Assembly (NCBI GenBank): GCA_947427985.1
Contig: CANEKB010000001.1
Span: forward strand, 1 to 40,604
Reading direction: 5' to 3'
Origin: an uncultured Candidatus Saccharibacteria bacterium
Lineage (GTDB): Bacteria > Patescibacteriota > Saccharimonadia > Saccharimonadales > Saccharimonadaceae
DNA: 40,604 nucleotides
Part shown: one piece after another, positions 18,242 through 26,680 of the stretch
How positions within the stretch are numbered: the first letter of the stretch is position 1
Layout: every line of letters begins with the position of its first letter
Translations under genes and position numbers: made by a program
Notes under the pieces: generated by a model
The model's input: only the letters and a program-made list of their open reading frames with translations
Databases searched by the model: none
What the model was told of the DNA's origin: nothing

Positions 18242-18304
18242 AGCTACCTCAACGCACGCTCCACGCTCTTTTAGGTAGCTCTGCTTATTCTTATTATATC
18301 ACAA
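18241..18304 (-). promoter_or_regulatory. Late promoter/leader repeat, copy 1
   Basis: 59/64 identical to 24784-24847; TGATATAAT; AGCTACCT/AGGTAGCT stem over the RBS. Confidence 0.75.
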
Positions 18305-18315
18305 TATGACCGAGA

Positions 18316-18714
18316 TTAGTTATCAAACTCGCGCGGAGATTGGATTGTCGTGTCAAGATCAACGTACTTGCCGCCCATTACGTCTCTAAAATACTCGCAT
18401 TGTTGTTTCGTGAGATAATCTCCGTCGGTGTTCTGTGTATTAGCACAGTTAGCCCACTGTTGGTCTCGCAACTGATCTTGCGCATGATTCGTCACCGACG
18501 ATACCATCCAAATTGGTAATGCCAATAGCCCAATGCCAAGAGGAATAGCAATTAGGCCTTCGACACCTTCACTTAACCACTTAGGTAGCTTACGGCTCTG
18601 GCCATCTGCTTTCTCCTTAGTTTTACGTTCCTCGTAGACATCGTAAATATACTTTATTACCACAAATTCGAGCGCCCATACCGCAACGATTATGATCATA
18701 TACAAGAAATCCAT
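18316..18714 (-). CDS. Moron-like membrane protein (2 TM)
   Basis: Own TGGTATAAT promoter, AAGGAG RBS, located between capsid and adaptor genes. Confidence 0.7.
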   Translation of the reverse strand: MDFLYMIIIVAVWALEFVVIKYIYDVYEERKTKEKADGQSRKLPKWLSEGVEGLIAIPLGIGLLALPIWMVSSVTNHAQDQLRDQQWANCANTQNTDGDYLTKQQCEYFRDVMGGKYVDLDTTIQSPREFDN

Positions 18715-18749
18715 TCTGCTCCTTTTTAATTATAGGCAGCAGGTACAAA

Positions 18750-18853
18750 ATACGGTGCTGCAGATTGTTCAAATCTATACCAAATCAACAATTGCCAATT
18801 TGTTGCAGCACCGTATCAGGCTGGCAATTATTGAAATAATATAGATTTGAACA
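18750..18853 (-). promoter_or_regulatory. Pseudoknot-capable 5' leader
   Basis: Three interleaved inverted repeats of 13-14 bp. Confidence 0.6.
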
Positions 18854-18884
18854 CTTCTATTATACCATACCTGTTAGTAAAATC

Positions 18885-18915
18885 AAATGCCCCAGTCAAT
18901 ATGACTAGGGCATTT
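18885..18915 (-). terminator. Terminator after the capsid gene
   Basis: 14-bp stem with one G:U on the - strand, followed by GATTTT. Confidence 0.65.
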
Positions 18916-18932
18916 TCATTGGTCAAGTATAA

Positions 18933-19895
18933 CTACTTACCAGCTCCGGTAGTCTCACTAGCCTTGAGGATAGCGACAGCCTTATTAGTGCCGTTAGCGT
19001 CAATGACCCAAGCACCCGGGCGGAACAAGCCACGAAGCAATGGGCCGTCGCAGCCTGCAGTAACTGCATCCTTACCAGTAAGGACGTAGGTTTGATAGAG
19101 CTTGCGGCAAGTCTTCATTACGCGTTTATCCCAGATGACGGCCTTAACAGTAGGAGCAGCCGTAAATGTTGCTTGAGCATACGGTGCGGTACCGGTAAGA
19201 GCCATCGTTACAAACAACTCGTCTGGAACCACTACCACGTCAATCCCGCGATATTTGCCGACAACGCCAGTTTCAACCATCTTGTCGTTTTTAACCGGAT
19301 TAAACTGGTCGGCGATTGCGTCCATAAGCTCCGTTTCATTAGAAGCTGGAACAAACAATGCTTGAGTTTTGGAATAGCTATGCGCATTTTTGAGTGTAGC
19401 GATCATCGAATCGACGCCGGCCTTAATTTTGCCTTCCGTATAGGCCACAACGTTTTTACCGCCGTAGGTAGTGGCCGCTTTAATAGCGGTAGCAATGTTG
19501 AGCTTGTCGATGAACGGAGAATACTGCTCACGAATACCGGTGGCAAGAACCTGCCCGGCTTCCTTGAGTGCGCCCGCGGTATCGTTAATATCGACATTGG
19601 GGATGTTTTTGTTGATTTCGTAGAATAGTTCTACATCCTTGCGAGTAACATCCGATTTGACAGCACTAGGGCTACCAAAGGCTGAGCTTGTATGACCCCC
19701 AAGGAAGTCAGATGTATCGACGGTACGAAAGTAAACGCTAGCGACTCCGCCGTCTTCCTTAAAGGCCGCTTCTTTTGAAACATAAGCAGCTGTCAAAGAC
19801 CTTTCGCTAAAGATTTGGTCAAGTTTTTTTGCGTATTTAGTGGCGTAATCAGTATTACGATTATCTGATGTTGTCGCCGGTGTTTCGGTTGCCAT
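18933..19895 (-). CDS. Major capsid protein
   Basis: 320 aa after the scaffold gene; YATKYAKKLDQIF, LFVP, GVVGKYRGIDVVVVP HK97-fold-type motifs. Confidence 0.8.
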   Translation of the reverse strand: MATETPATTSDNRNTDYATKYAKKLDQIFSERSLTAAYVSKEAAFKEDGGVASVYFRTVDTSDFLGGHTSSAFGSPSAVKSDVTRKDVELFYEINKNIPNVDINDTAGALKEAGQVLATGIREQYSPFIDKLNIATAIKAATTYGGKNVVAYTEGKIKAGVDSMIATLKNAHSYSKTQALFVPASNETELMDAIADQFNPVKNDKMVETGVVGKYRGIDVVVVPDELFVTMALTGTAPYAQATFTAAPTVKAVIWDKRVMKTCRKLYQTYVLTGKDAVTAGCDGPLLRGLFRPGAWVIDANGTNKAVAILKASETTGAGK

Positions 19896-19921
19896 AATTG
19901 TTATCCTTTCTAATTATAGTT

Positions 19922-20824
19922 TTAATAGTCTTGAGCACTTAATCCCATAAGCATTGGGTCGTCATCGGAGCTATTCTGGCTGCGGCCGCTACCAACAGTA
20001 TCAACGGTACCCATCATCTTCTGAGCGGCTTCTCGTCCAGCAATCTCGCCCTGCTTCTTCGCAGACTCTGTCGCTTTTGCCAATAGGGAGTAGAACTTGT
20101 AAATTGGGATCTTACAGCCAATTTGCATCCCAGTCTGTGGATCCGTCTCAATCGCCTCAGATAAAATCTCAAAGGCGCCATCAGCCACATCGCCGTTATA
20201 TTTTTCAGACTTAGGGTCAAACATAGGAAAGTCCCTAATAACATTATCCACTTCTTGAGACATTTCAAGACGAGACTCGGCAATCTGGTTTGCGACGGCT
20301 TCGCGCTGCCGCTCTTGTTCAAGCTGATCTAGGCGGTTCTTTGTAATTTCCGCCTGCGCCTCGGCCCGAGTATAGTAATCGCCAGTTTCCGGGTTTATGG
20401 TGTTAATCAGCTCATCTTCCGTTTTTGCTTGGCTGTTTGGCTGCATCCCATACTTCTCCCTGATGAGCCTGCTCGTCTCCTCACGGATAGCATTCCGCCG
20501 TGCCACTAACTCACGAATTTCACTATTAAGTTGCTCTTTGCGCTGAACAGCGCCCTTTGCGGTTTGGCCATTATCTGAGCCCTGCTGACCCCCATCTTCC
20601 GAAGCTTCTTTGTTGGTCGCTTCATCCGAGTTTTCTGACTTCGTATTCTCACTAGCCGAAGTAGGTTGGTCTTCTTCTAGCGAATCACTACTACCATCAA
20701 GAGCCTGCTCGAACCCATCATCTGGTTGCTCTGCTTGCGTCCCTTGGTTCTCGCCGGTTGTCGCTCCCGGTTCTACGGCGTCCGCATTTTCCGCTGGATT
20801 ATTTTTTACGACATCATCGTCCAT
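19922..20824 (-). CDS. Capsid scaffolding protein
   Basis: Acidic disordered N-terminus and coiled coil, between portal and capsid genes. Confidence 0.7.
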   Translation of the reverse strand: MDDDVVKNNPAENADAVEPGATTGENQGTQAEQPDDGFEQALDGSSDSLEEDQPTSASENTKSENSDEATNKEASEDGGQQGSDNGQTAKGAVQRKEQLNSEIRELVARRNAIREETSRLIREKYGMQPNSQAKTEDELINTINPETGDYYTRAEAQAEITKNRLDQLEQERQREAVANQIAESRLEMSQEVDNVIRDFPMFDPKSEKYNGDVADGAFEILSEAIETDPQTGMQIGCKIPIYKFYSLLAKATESAKKQGEIAGREAAQKMMGTVDTVGSGRSQNSSDDDPMLMGLSAQDY

Positions 20825-20885
20825 AACATCTCCTTATGCTTTTACGTCAAATAAAGGTGACGAATCCTTTGGGCGAGATTAGCCC

Positions 20886-20926
20886 TGTTCTATATCGTAA
20901 AGGGTGGGCTTCTACGATATAGAACA
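20886..20926. repeat. 14-bp perfect inverted repeat upstream of the scaffold gene
   Basis: TGTTCTATATCGTA...TACGATATAGAACA. Confidence 0.8.
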
Positions 20927-20939
20927 CAGCCAACCTCGA

Positions 20940-21236
20940 TTACTTCTTGCTGTGTGCTTTGATTATTACCTCAAGCCTTTTTATCTCCTGTGTTAGTACG
21001 GCTGCGACCATTTTATTAACCGTAACCTGTCGCATAAAGTTCTCCGAATCCTTAGTTTCCGTAATTGAGTCAATATCGTGAAGAAACTTAATCCGGCCTT
21101 TTAGATGTTCTACTACCGCGGCAACTAACGGCTTCTCCGCTAGATATTCTTCACGCTCCTGCTCTCGGCGTTTTTCCTGTTCTCTCGGCTCGCCTAGAAG
21201 CCGCTGAGACGTCGTTGGGTACACACTATCGTCCAT
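20940..21236 (-). CDS. Phage hypothetical protein
   Basis: Helical 98-aa protein overlapping the portal stop. Confidence 0.7.
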   Translation of the reverse strand: MDDSVYPTTSQRLLGEPREQEKRREQEREEYLAEKPLVAAVVEHLKGRIKFLHDIDSITETKDSENFMRQVTVNKMVAAVLTQEIKRLEVIIKAHSKK

Positions 21237-23058
21237 TTCCCAAAATCCTTTCTGCTTGGCTATACACTTCGTTCGGATCCTTGCCTTCGTCCACGATGCT
21301 GCTTATTGCCCAATTTACGAGTTCTTCTGGCCAACCCTGTTGGAGCAGTGATTGAGCTACTGCTTGGGGGTCTGTCATATCTGAGGCCGTATTGCCATCG
21401 CCCAGCGTCTTGAGATCAATCTTCAGCTTTTCCGGCTCAAGTACGCCAGAGTTACTGACTATGCTGTTGTATAGTAGGAGGATTTTCTCCTGCGGAATAA
21501 GCTGCATAACAGCCGGAGACGAAATGAAGTCTAAGATAAGTTGTAGGGACTCCAACTGCTCGGCCTGTCCGTTCAATTTGGACGTACTAGCATCTACCCG
21601 AAAATGTAGAGTTTTTACCGCTTCGCTGTAGTCGATGGACACCTTGTTATCTTCGGTTACATAATTTTCGTCTAGCTTGCCACGTTTTACTAGCTCACGT
21701 AAGCGGTCAGCGGTCTTCTGATCGAGCTGTAATTCTTCTTTACCTTCACGCTCCGCAAAATAGACGTTAATGGCAGTTTCAGCCCAGTCTTCAAAGAACG
21801 ACTCAAAGTTCTTGCGCAGATAATTGTCGTCGGCATCCAAAATCTGCTTCTGTTGTTTAAGCGCCGTCGGCGTTTTACCGAAACCAGGATTACCAACATC
21901 CGCGCTAACCGACGTGTCTCCGCCGGAATTGAATAGATTAAGCAACTGGGTCTTATTAAGCGAATAAATAGATGCGTAGTCGCGAATTGCCGTCGTAGTG
22001 ACTTCTAGCGGTTCTAAGTTCGCATTTGGATCGCTAGACAGGTCGATGAAGGCGTTTGGTTCGTAAACCGCTTGACTGGTATCAACGTTGCCGCGCACTT
22101 TAATCGGCGGAGCAAGCTCCAACGCGCGATTAAACATATAAGCACGCATATTGGCGTCGATCATATTCTGAAGGCCGCCAATTAAGCTCATAATAGACCG
22201 GCCAAATGGGTTACTATTATCTACATCAGCATAGAAATAGTTGACAGGCGGCAAACCACGCGGATCGCGATTCGCCTTCTGCCGCACGATTTTTCTCGTG
22301 CTTGGATTTCCCATAAGGAAGATCGCGCCTTTGCCTTTTTGGAATCCAGTTACGATCTCAATACCTTCGGACGACACGCCTGCGCGTTGTTCGGATTCGG
22401 TCGTACCTTCTTGATCCTTGGTAGTAATCTGCTTTTTCAGCTCTTTAAGAGCCGGAATATCCCAAGAAGAAGTGTATTTCGATCCAGCTTCCTTAGCCTT
22501 TTCTTGTAGACTACGCTCCTTCTCAATAATCTGATCGATAGTTTCTGGCTGCCACCAACTTCTAATGAAGAAGTAGTCACAATCGTAAAAGCTTGTCTTG
22601 CCGGGCTGGAAGAAAATATCGCCATAGTAGATCAGCTTCGCATCTGCCGTAAACTCACTGCCGTTCCATACGAAAGGCGTATAGACAGCTTGGCCGCCAA
22701 AAGTTAGCCCATTTTCGATAGTTGACCAGAACTTCTGAATCAAATCGTGACCACCCTTTGCGTCTGGCAAGATTTTATGAAGAAGAATAAACTCGGCCAC
22801 GATAGCCATCGGATCATCTTCGTCATCGCTCGTCACGACACCGGTTGGCAGTTGCTGAATTACACGTTTCGGTGCCTTACGAACTAATGCGGCAGCCGTG
22901 CCATCAGAAACACGAGCATACTGCTCTGGCACGTTGCTAGGAGCTTCGTTGCGCGCAATGCGGTCATATTCTTCAAAGTCTTTCGACCAATTTTTAGACC
23001 ACTCCTTTGCGACTTCGTACTTACTCCACAGATTGTCTTTCGTAAGAAAAGGGTTCAT
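21226..23058 (-). CDS. Portal protein
   Basis: 610 aa; PFGRSIM..IGGLQNMID, ALELAPP, KTPTA motifs of P22-like portals; synteny. Confidence 0.8.
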   Translation of the reverse strand: MNPFLTKDNLWSKYEVAKEWSKNWSKDFEEYDRIARNEAPSNVPEQYARVSDGTAAALVRKAPKRVIQQLPTGVVTSDDEDDPMAIVAEFILLHKILPDAKGGHDLIQKFWSTIENGLTFGGQAVYTPFVWNGSEFTADAKLIYYGDIFFQPGKTSFYDCDYFFIRSWWQPETIDQIIEKERSLQEKAKEAGSKYTSSWDIPALKELKKQITTKDQEGTTESEQRAGVSSEGIEIVTGFQKGKGAIFLMGNPSTRKIVRQKANRDPRGLPPVNYFYADVDNSNPFGRSIMSLIGGLQNMIDANMRAYMFNRALELAPPIKVRGNVDTSQAVYEPNAFIDLSSDPNANLEPLEVTTTAIRDYASIYSLNKTQLLNLFNSGGDTSVSADVGNPGFGKTPTALKQQKQILDADDNYLRKNFESFFEDWAETAINVYFAEREGKEELQLDQKTADRLRELVKRGKLDENYVTEDNKVSIDYSEAVKTLHFRVDASTSKLNGQAEQLESLQLILDFISSPAVMQLIPQEKILLLYNSIVSNSGVLEPEKLKIDLKTLGDGNTASDMTDPQAVAQSLLQQGWPEELVNWAISSIVDEGKDPNEVYSQAERILGNGR

Positions 23059-23121
23059 CCAATAGTTTCTCGTGGCCCTCGTGCTTTTTTGGATGAACCA
23101 TCTGCTTATATTATATCACAA
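23052..23121 (-). promoter_or_regulatory. Late promoter/leader, divergent third copy
   Basis: TTGTGATATAAT plus TAAGCAGA; 11-bp stem 23052-23062/23089-23099 covering the portal ATG. Confidence 0.65.
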
Positions 23122-23146
23122 GCCTAATGAAAAAGTAAAATAATCA

Positions 23147-23524
23147 TTAAAGCTTACCTCGTGCCTTCAATTTTTCCATCTTGCTATGTATGTATGAGTT
23201 ACCACCGTGGTCGTTGTAGAAGTCGTAGTTTTCCCAGAATCGCTCCAATTCTTCTTCGTCAACAGGCTCACCGCGTTCGACCCGAGCAAGGAACTCGACA
23301 AGAAAATCCTTGATCCTGCCCATTTCGCTCTCATCATGCTTAGCCTCAAGAAGATCAACTTTCCGGTTAATCTCGTCGATCTTCTTGTTCGTTGGCTCAA
23401 GCGCCTTGTTCAGCGTTCGCTGAAAGGCAAAAGTTAGGAACTTACAGACCGTCGCTATCGCTCCGCCAATACCGACAGCCCACAATAACCACTCGCCAAT
23501 TTGACCGATAGTAACCCCATCCAT
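23147..23524 (-). CDS. Holin-like membrane protein (1 TM plus coiled coil)
   Basis: N-terminal TM; Y...GGNSYI motif; lysis cassette position. Confidence 0.6.
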   Translation of the reverse strand: MDGVTIGQIGEWLLWAVGIGGAIATVCKFLTFAFQRTLNKALEPTNKKIDEINRKVDLLEAKHDESEMGRIKDFLVEFLARVERGEPVDEEELERFWENYDFYNDHGGNSYIHSKMEKLKARGKL

Positions 23525-23527
23525 TAT

Positions 23528-23773
23528 CTAGCCCCCGATGTTCTGAGCCAATGTAACCGCTCCAGACGCCGCAAAGCCTGCCACAATACCAATCACAATA
23601 CTTAACCCGATAAATAGTGCGATAATACCACCAGCAACACCGGCGACGGCTATTACGATCGCTTTACGCCACTCTTTATCGTAGAGCGCTTTCGCAAGCT
23701 CGACGAAACCGATTACGAAACTTGTTAGCAACAACGCCGTTACAGGCTCAATCCCTAAAATACTCAAATCCAT
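23528..23773 (-). CDS. Putative holin
   Basis: Multiple TM segments; AGGAG RBS before ATG 23773; next to the endolysin. Confidence 0.65.
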   Translation of the reverse strand: MDLSILGIEPVTALLLTSFVIGFVELAKALYDKEWRKAIVIAVAGVAGGIIALFIGLSIVIGIVAGFAASGAVTLAQNIGG

Positions 23774-23792
23774 ATTTTTCTCCTTTCTGGAC

Positions 23793-24782
23793 TTATTTAC
23801 CAAGCTTCTTATTTACGATAGACTGGACGGCATTGTAGTTGTAACCGGCCCTAAATAGCCGGTCCTTACGATCTTGGCCGTTACCCCATTTACCGGCAAT
23901 GACTTCCGCTGCGATCTGCTCGTTGGTTTTTACGGTTGGAGTCGTATTCTTGCCGAATCGAGCATTAACAATGCGTTGAACGGCAGTATAATCGTAACCA
24001 GCCTCGGTAAGACGCGTTTTTCGGTCTTGATTATTACCCCATTTGCCAGCGATGACTTCATTAGCAATGGTCTCATTGCTTTTCTTCGCAGGAATCGCAG
24101 GCTTACCAAATCGGGCATTTACAACGCCTTGAATAGCATTGTAATCATACCCAGCATTACGAAGTCGTTCGATACGTTCAGCGCCGTTACCCCACCTGCC
24201 CAAAATCACCTCATCAGCTATCTGTTCGTTGGTTTTCTTACCAAGCGCCTGTGCCAATTTGTTACTTGCTGGCTCATCCGGCTGTAAGATAATATCGCTC
24301 TTACCAAGCTCAGTCTTAACCATATCTAGGAATCTGTTCCAACCGGTATCGAGAGTACGATGAGGGCAGTATTTGCCACTATAATCTTGATGCTTGGTGA
24401 CTTTATCGACTCCCCAGCCACGCTCTTTGAGAAGCTGAGCCACAAACCTTGCGGCGTTTTTCTCAGCTTGGACGAATCTCTCCCCACCGGATTTTGAATA
24501 ACAAACCTCAACCGCGATCGTCTTGCGATTACCGCGTCCGTAGGCTCCGTCGCCGGCATGAAACGCATTACGATCAAGCGGCAGTCCTTGGCGGACTTCT
24601 CTATCATCGACCGCAAAATGAAACGAAACCAGCTTCGTATTGCGGTTCATATAAGTAATCTCGTTTTCAGCCGAAGCGTCATTGGCCGTATTGTGGACGG
24701 TAATAGCTTCCGCCGTCATAGGGTAAGGACACTTATTGTACCGGTTTGATTCCGGACATATTTGTTGTGTTGGCGTAATCAT
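23793..24782 (-). CDS. Endolysin: N-acetylmuramoyl-L-alanine amidase (Amidase_2) with three Cpl-7 (CW_7) repeats
   Basis: ITVHNTAN, SFHFAVDD, AFHAGDG, HQDYSGKYCP; 3x IAxEVIxGxWGN..R..RL..AGY.Y..VQ..VN. Confidence 0.9.
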   Translation of the reverse strand: MITPTQQICPESNRYNKCPYPMTAEAITVHNTANDASAENEITYMNRNTKLVSFHFAVDDREVRQGLPLDRNAFHAGDGAYGRGNRKTIAVEVCYSKSGGERFVQAEKNAARFVAQLLKERGWGVDKVTKHQDYSGKYCPHRTLDTGWNRFLDMVKTELGKSDIILQPDEPASNKLAQALGKKTNEQIADEVILGRWGNGAERIERLRNAGYDYNAIQGVVNARFGKPAIPAKKSNETIANEVIAGKWGNNQDRKTRLTEAGYDYTAVQRIVNARFGKNTTPTVKTNEQIAAEVIAGKWGNGQDRKDRLFRAGYNYNAVQSIVNKKLGK

Positions 24783-24783
24783 T

Positions 24784-24847
24784 TAGCTACCTCAACGCAC
24801 GCTCCATGCTCTTTTAGGTAGCTCTGCTTACGTTTATTGTATCACAA
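24784..24847 (-). promoter_or_regulatory. Late promoter/leader repeat, copy 2
   Basis: Near-identical to 18241-18304; overlaps the RT stop codon. Confidence 0.75.
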
Positions 24848-25864
24848 AAGTAGGTCTTTGTGAAACTTATCCATCCGCCGAGTCATTTCGCTAGAACTAC
24901 CCTTCATCGCGTGTGCGCGCCAACACTGGTAACACTCCTCGTATTTCGCCTTCGTCATCCGGCCGTTCTTCACTAAGCGAGCCATTTTTCGTAATCTCTG
25001 CCGTTCTTCTTTGACTGTCTGCGGATTAACGAACATTAGAACCTTACCAGTTTTTGTCAGCCGGTAAATAAAGCCGAGAAACTTAAACTCTTGCGACACC
25101 GGTATTATTTTTGTTTTCTTTGGGTGTAAAGTCATCCCAAGCGTTGCCAATTCGTCGGCTATTCTTCGCCGGCACTCCTCAAGGTAAGCTTTGTCATCGC
25201 GTATTAACAAAAAATCATCCATATACCGCACGTAATGCTTAATATGGAGTTTCTCTTTAACGTAGTGATCTAGCCCATTTAGCACTGATATTCCAACGAG
25301 CTGAAGGAGCTGGCTACCCGGAAAATACCCACCCTCATTGCCGTATTGTGTCCTCAACACGGACACCACCCTATCAGATACCTCCTCTGGGAAATTGTCT
25401 GTAAAGACTTTTTCAACGATCTCGCTTTTCATATTTGGATAGTAACCGGCGATGTCGCACTCCAAAATATAGCCGTTTAGCTTATGCTGTCTATAAAACC
25501 TTTGTAAATGGCATTTCATCCGGTTGCGACAGAAATCAGTACCCTTATTCTTCTGACAAGCAGCGTTATCGTAGATAAAATGCTTCGTCAATCCGGGGTA
25601 GAGTATGTTGTCGTTAAGGCTGCGCTGATACACGCGATCGCGAAACGATATACTCATTGCCGCTCGTTTCTTCGGCCGATAAATAGTAAAGTGTCTCCCC
25701 GGACCACACTTGTAAGTGCCGTCGTGTAGAGAGTTTGAAAGCTTTTGGATTCGAGACAGGTCGTTCAACATAAAACTAGCCACGGAATCCTTCCAGATTA
25801 CGCCTCTTCTACATTTTTGCGCGCTCCTGTACAGGGCCTCAAATGAAATGGCATCTTCTATCAT
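24842..25864 (-). CDS. DGR reverse transcriptase
   Basis: PKKR, FRDRVYQ, ACQKNKGT, CDIAGYY, YVRYMDDF, FLGF motifs; adjacent to TR and avd. Confidence 0.95.
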   Translation of the reverse strand: MIEDAISFEALYRSAQKCRRGVIWKDSVASFMLNDLSRIQKLSNSLHDGTYKCGPGRHFTIYRPKKRAAMSISFRDRVYQRSLNDNILYPGLTKHFIYDNAACQKNKGTDFCRNRMKCHLQRFYRQHKLNGYILECDIAGYYPNMKSEIVEKVFTDNFPEEVSDRVVSVLRTQYGNEGGYFPGSQLLQLVGISVLNGLDHYVKEKLHIKHYVRYMDDFLLIRDDKAYLEECRRRIADELATLGMTLHPKKTKIIPVSQEFKFLGFIYRLTKTGKVLMFVNPQTVKEERQRLRKMARLVKNGRMTKAKYEECYQCWRAHAMKGSSSEMTRRMDKFHKDLLL

Positions 25865-26030
25865 AATAACTATGGGTGCGTGGCGTTTATAGTGATGCTT
25901 GGATCACCAAACCACATCGCCACGCCATTGTTTATCTCGTATGAGAAAGGAAATCGACTCCTTGCATCGCGTTAATAGAGGGACGCCTTTCCTATGGTCT
26001 GGCATACCGTCCCCACCCGTTTAATGCAAT

Positions 26031-26131
26031 CGGCGACAACGCGATTACTGTTGTTGTAATTGTTGTTGTTGGGCGCGCCTGATGTATTGACATTACCGAA
26101 GTTGTTGGAGTTGCCAGAATACAAAGACGAC
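26031..26131 (-). repeat. DGR template repeat (TR)
   Basis: 101 bp, 88 identical to 26701-26801; 12 AAC/AAT codons; lies between avd and RT. Confidence 0.95.
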
Positions 26132-26144
26132 CATAGCCAACTTC

Positions 26145-26558
26145 CTATTCTATTTTACCATATCTTCTTTGGTCTGATTCCTTCCACGCACGAATCAAGT
26201 TTTGCGTTTTTATAACCATATTAGCCCAATACTCAAAACGCTTCGCAGGGAGCTTAAAAACCTTCGCACACAGCGATATATCAGCCAATAGCAACACGCA
26301 AGCTCTGTCCGCCTTCTCCTGTAGATTCTTTCGCTCAACCCACAAGCTTCTACTAGTTACTCGTATTAAATTCGCTTCAAAGCATAGATTAAAAATCTCA
26401 ATCGCACTCCAAGCTAAATTCTTACCGACGAGTTCTAGTAATTTTGGCGGGAACTTTTTATCATTTTTCATTATATTGACGGTATATTCGGCCAAATCAC
26501 TAGCTTGTTCCACAACCTCAAACCTACTTTTCGATCTCATCCCTTCCGGTACTGACAT
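26145..26558 (-). CDS. avd: DGR accessory variability determinant (Avd-like four-helix bundle)
   Basis: MSVP..R..S.FEV, FP, EAN, YW, AWKESD..RY pattern; 137 aa basic helical protein directly upstream of TR. Confidence 0.85.
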   Translation of the reverse strand: MSVPEGMRSKSRFEVVEQASDLAEYTVNIMKNDKKFPPKLLELVGKNLAWSAIEIFNLCFEANLIRVTSRSLWVERKNLQEKADRACVLLLADISLCAKVFKLPAKRFEYWANMVIKTQNLIRAWKESDQRRYGKIE

Positions 26559-26645
26559 CGCCCACCTTTCTTTTTGTATTTACGCTTACAACCATTATAA
26601 CATAACGGATTTTTACTCCGCTCGCAAGCGGGGTTGATAGGGTTA

Positions 26646-26669
26646 CTCCGGCGCAGGTGTGCGCCGGAG
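26646..26669. promoter_or_regulatory. DGR target-recognition hairpin/cruciform downstream of VR
   Basis: CTCCGGCGCA-GGTG-TGCGCCGGAG perfect 10-bp stem, 11 nt after the target stop; weaker second hairpin 26615-26634. Confidence 0.8.
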
Positions 26670-26680
26670 ATTTGGGGAGA

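Noticed and set aside
18857-18869. 13-bp identity with 36338-36350
   Set aside because: It is the extended -10 consensus (TATGGTATAATAG on the - strand)
18241-24847. CRISPR array or IS ends from the 64-bp repeats
   Set aside because: Only two near-identical copies 6.5 kb apart, each tied to a gene start; no cas or transposase gene
24842-25864. Group II intron, retron or Abi RT
   Set aside because: Short RT without maturase or endonuclease extension; Avd plus adenine-specific TR/VR identify a DGR
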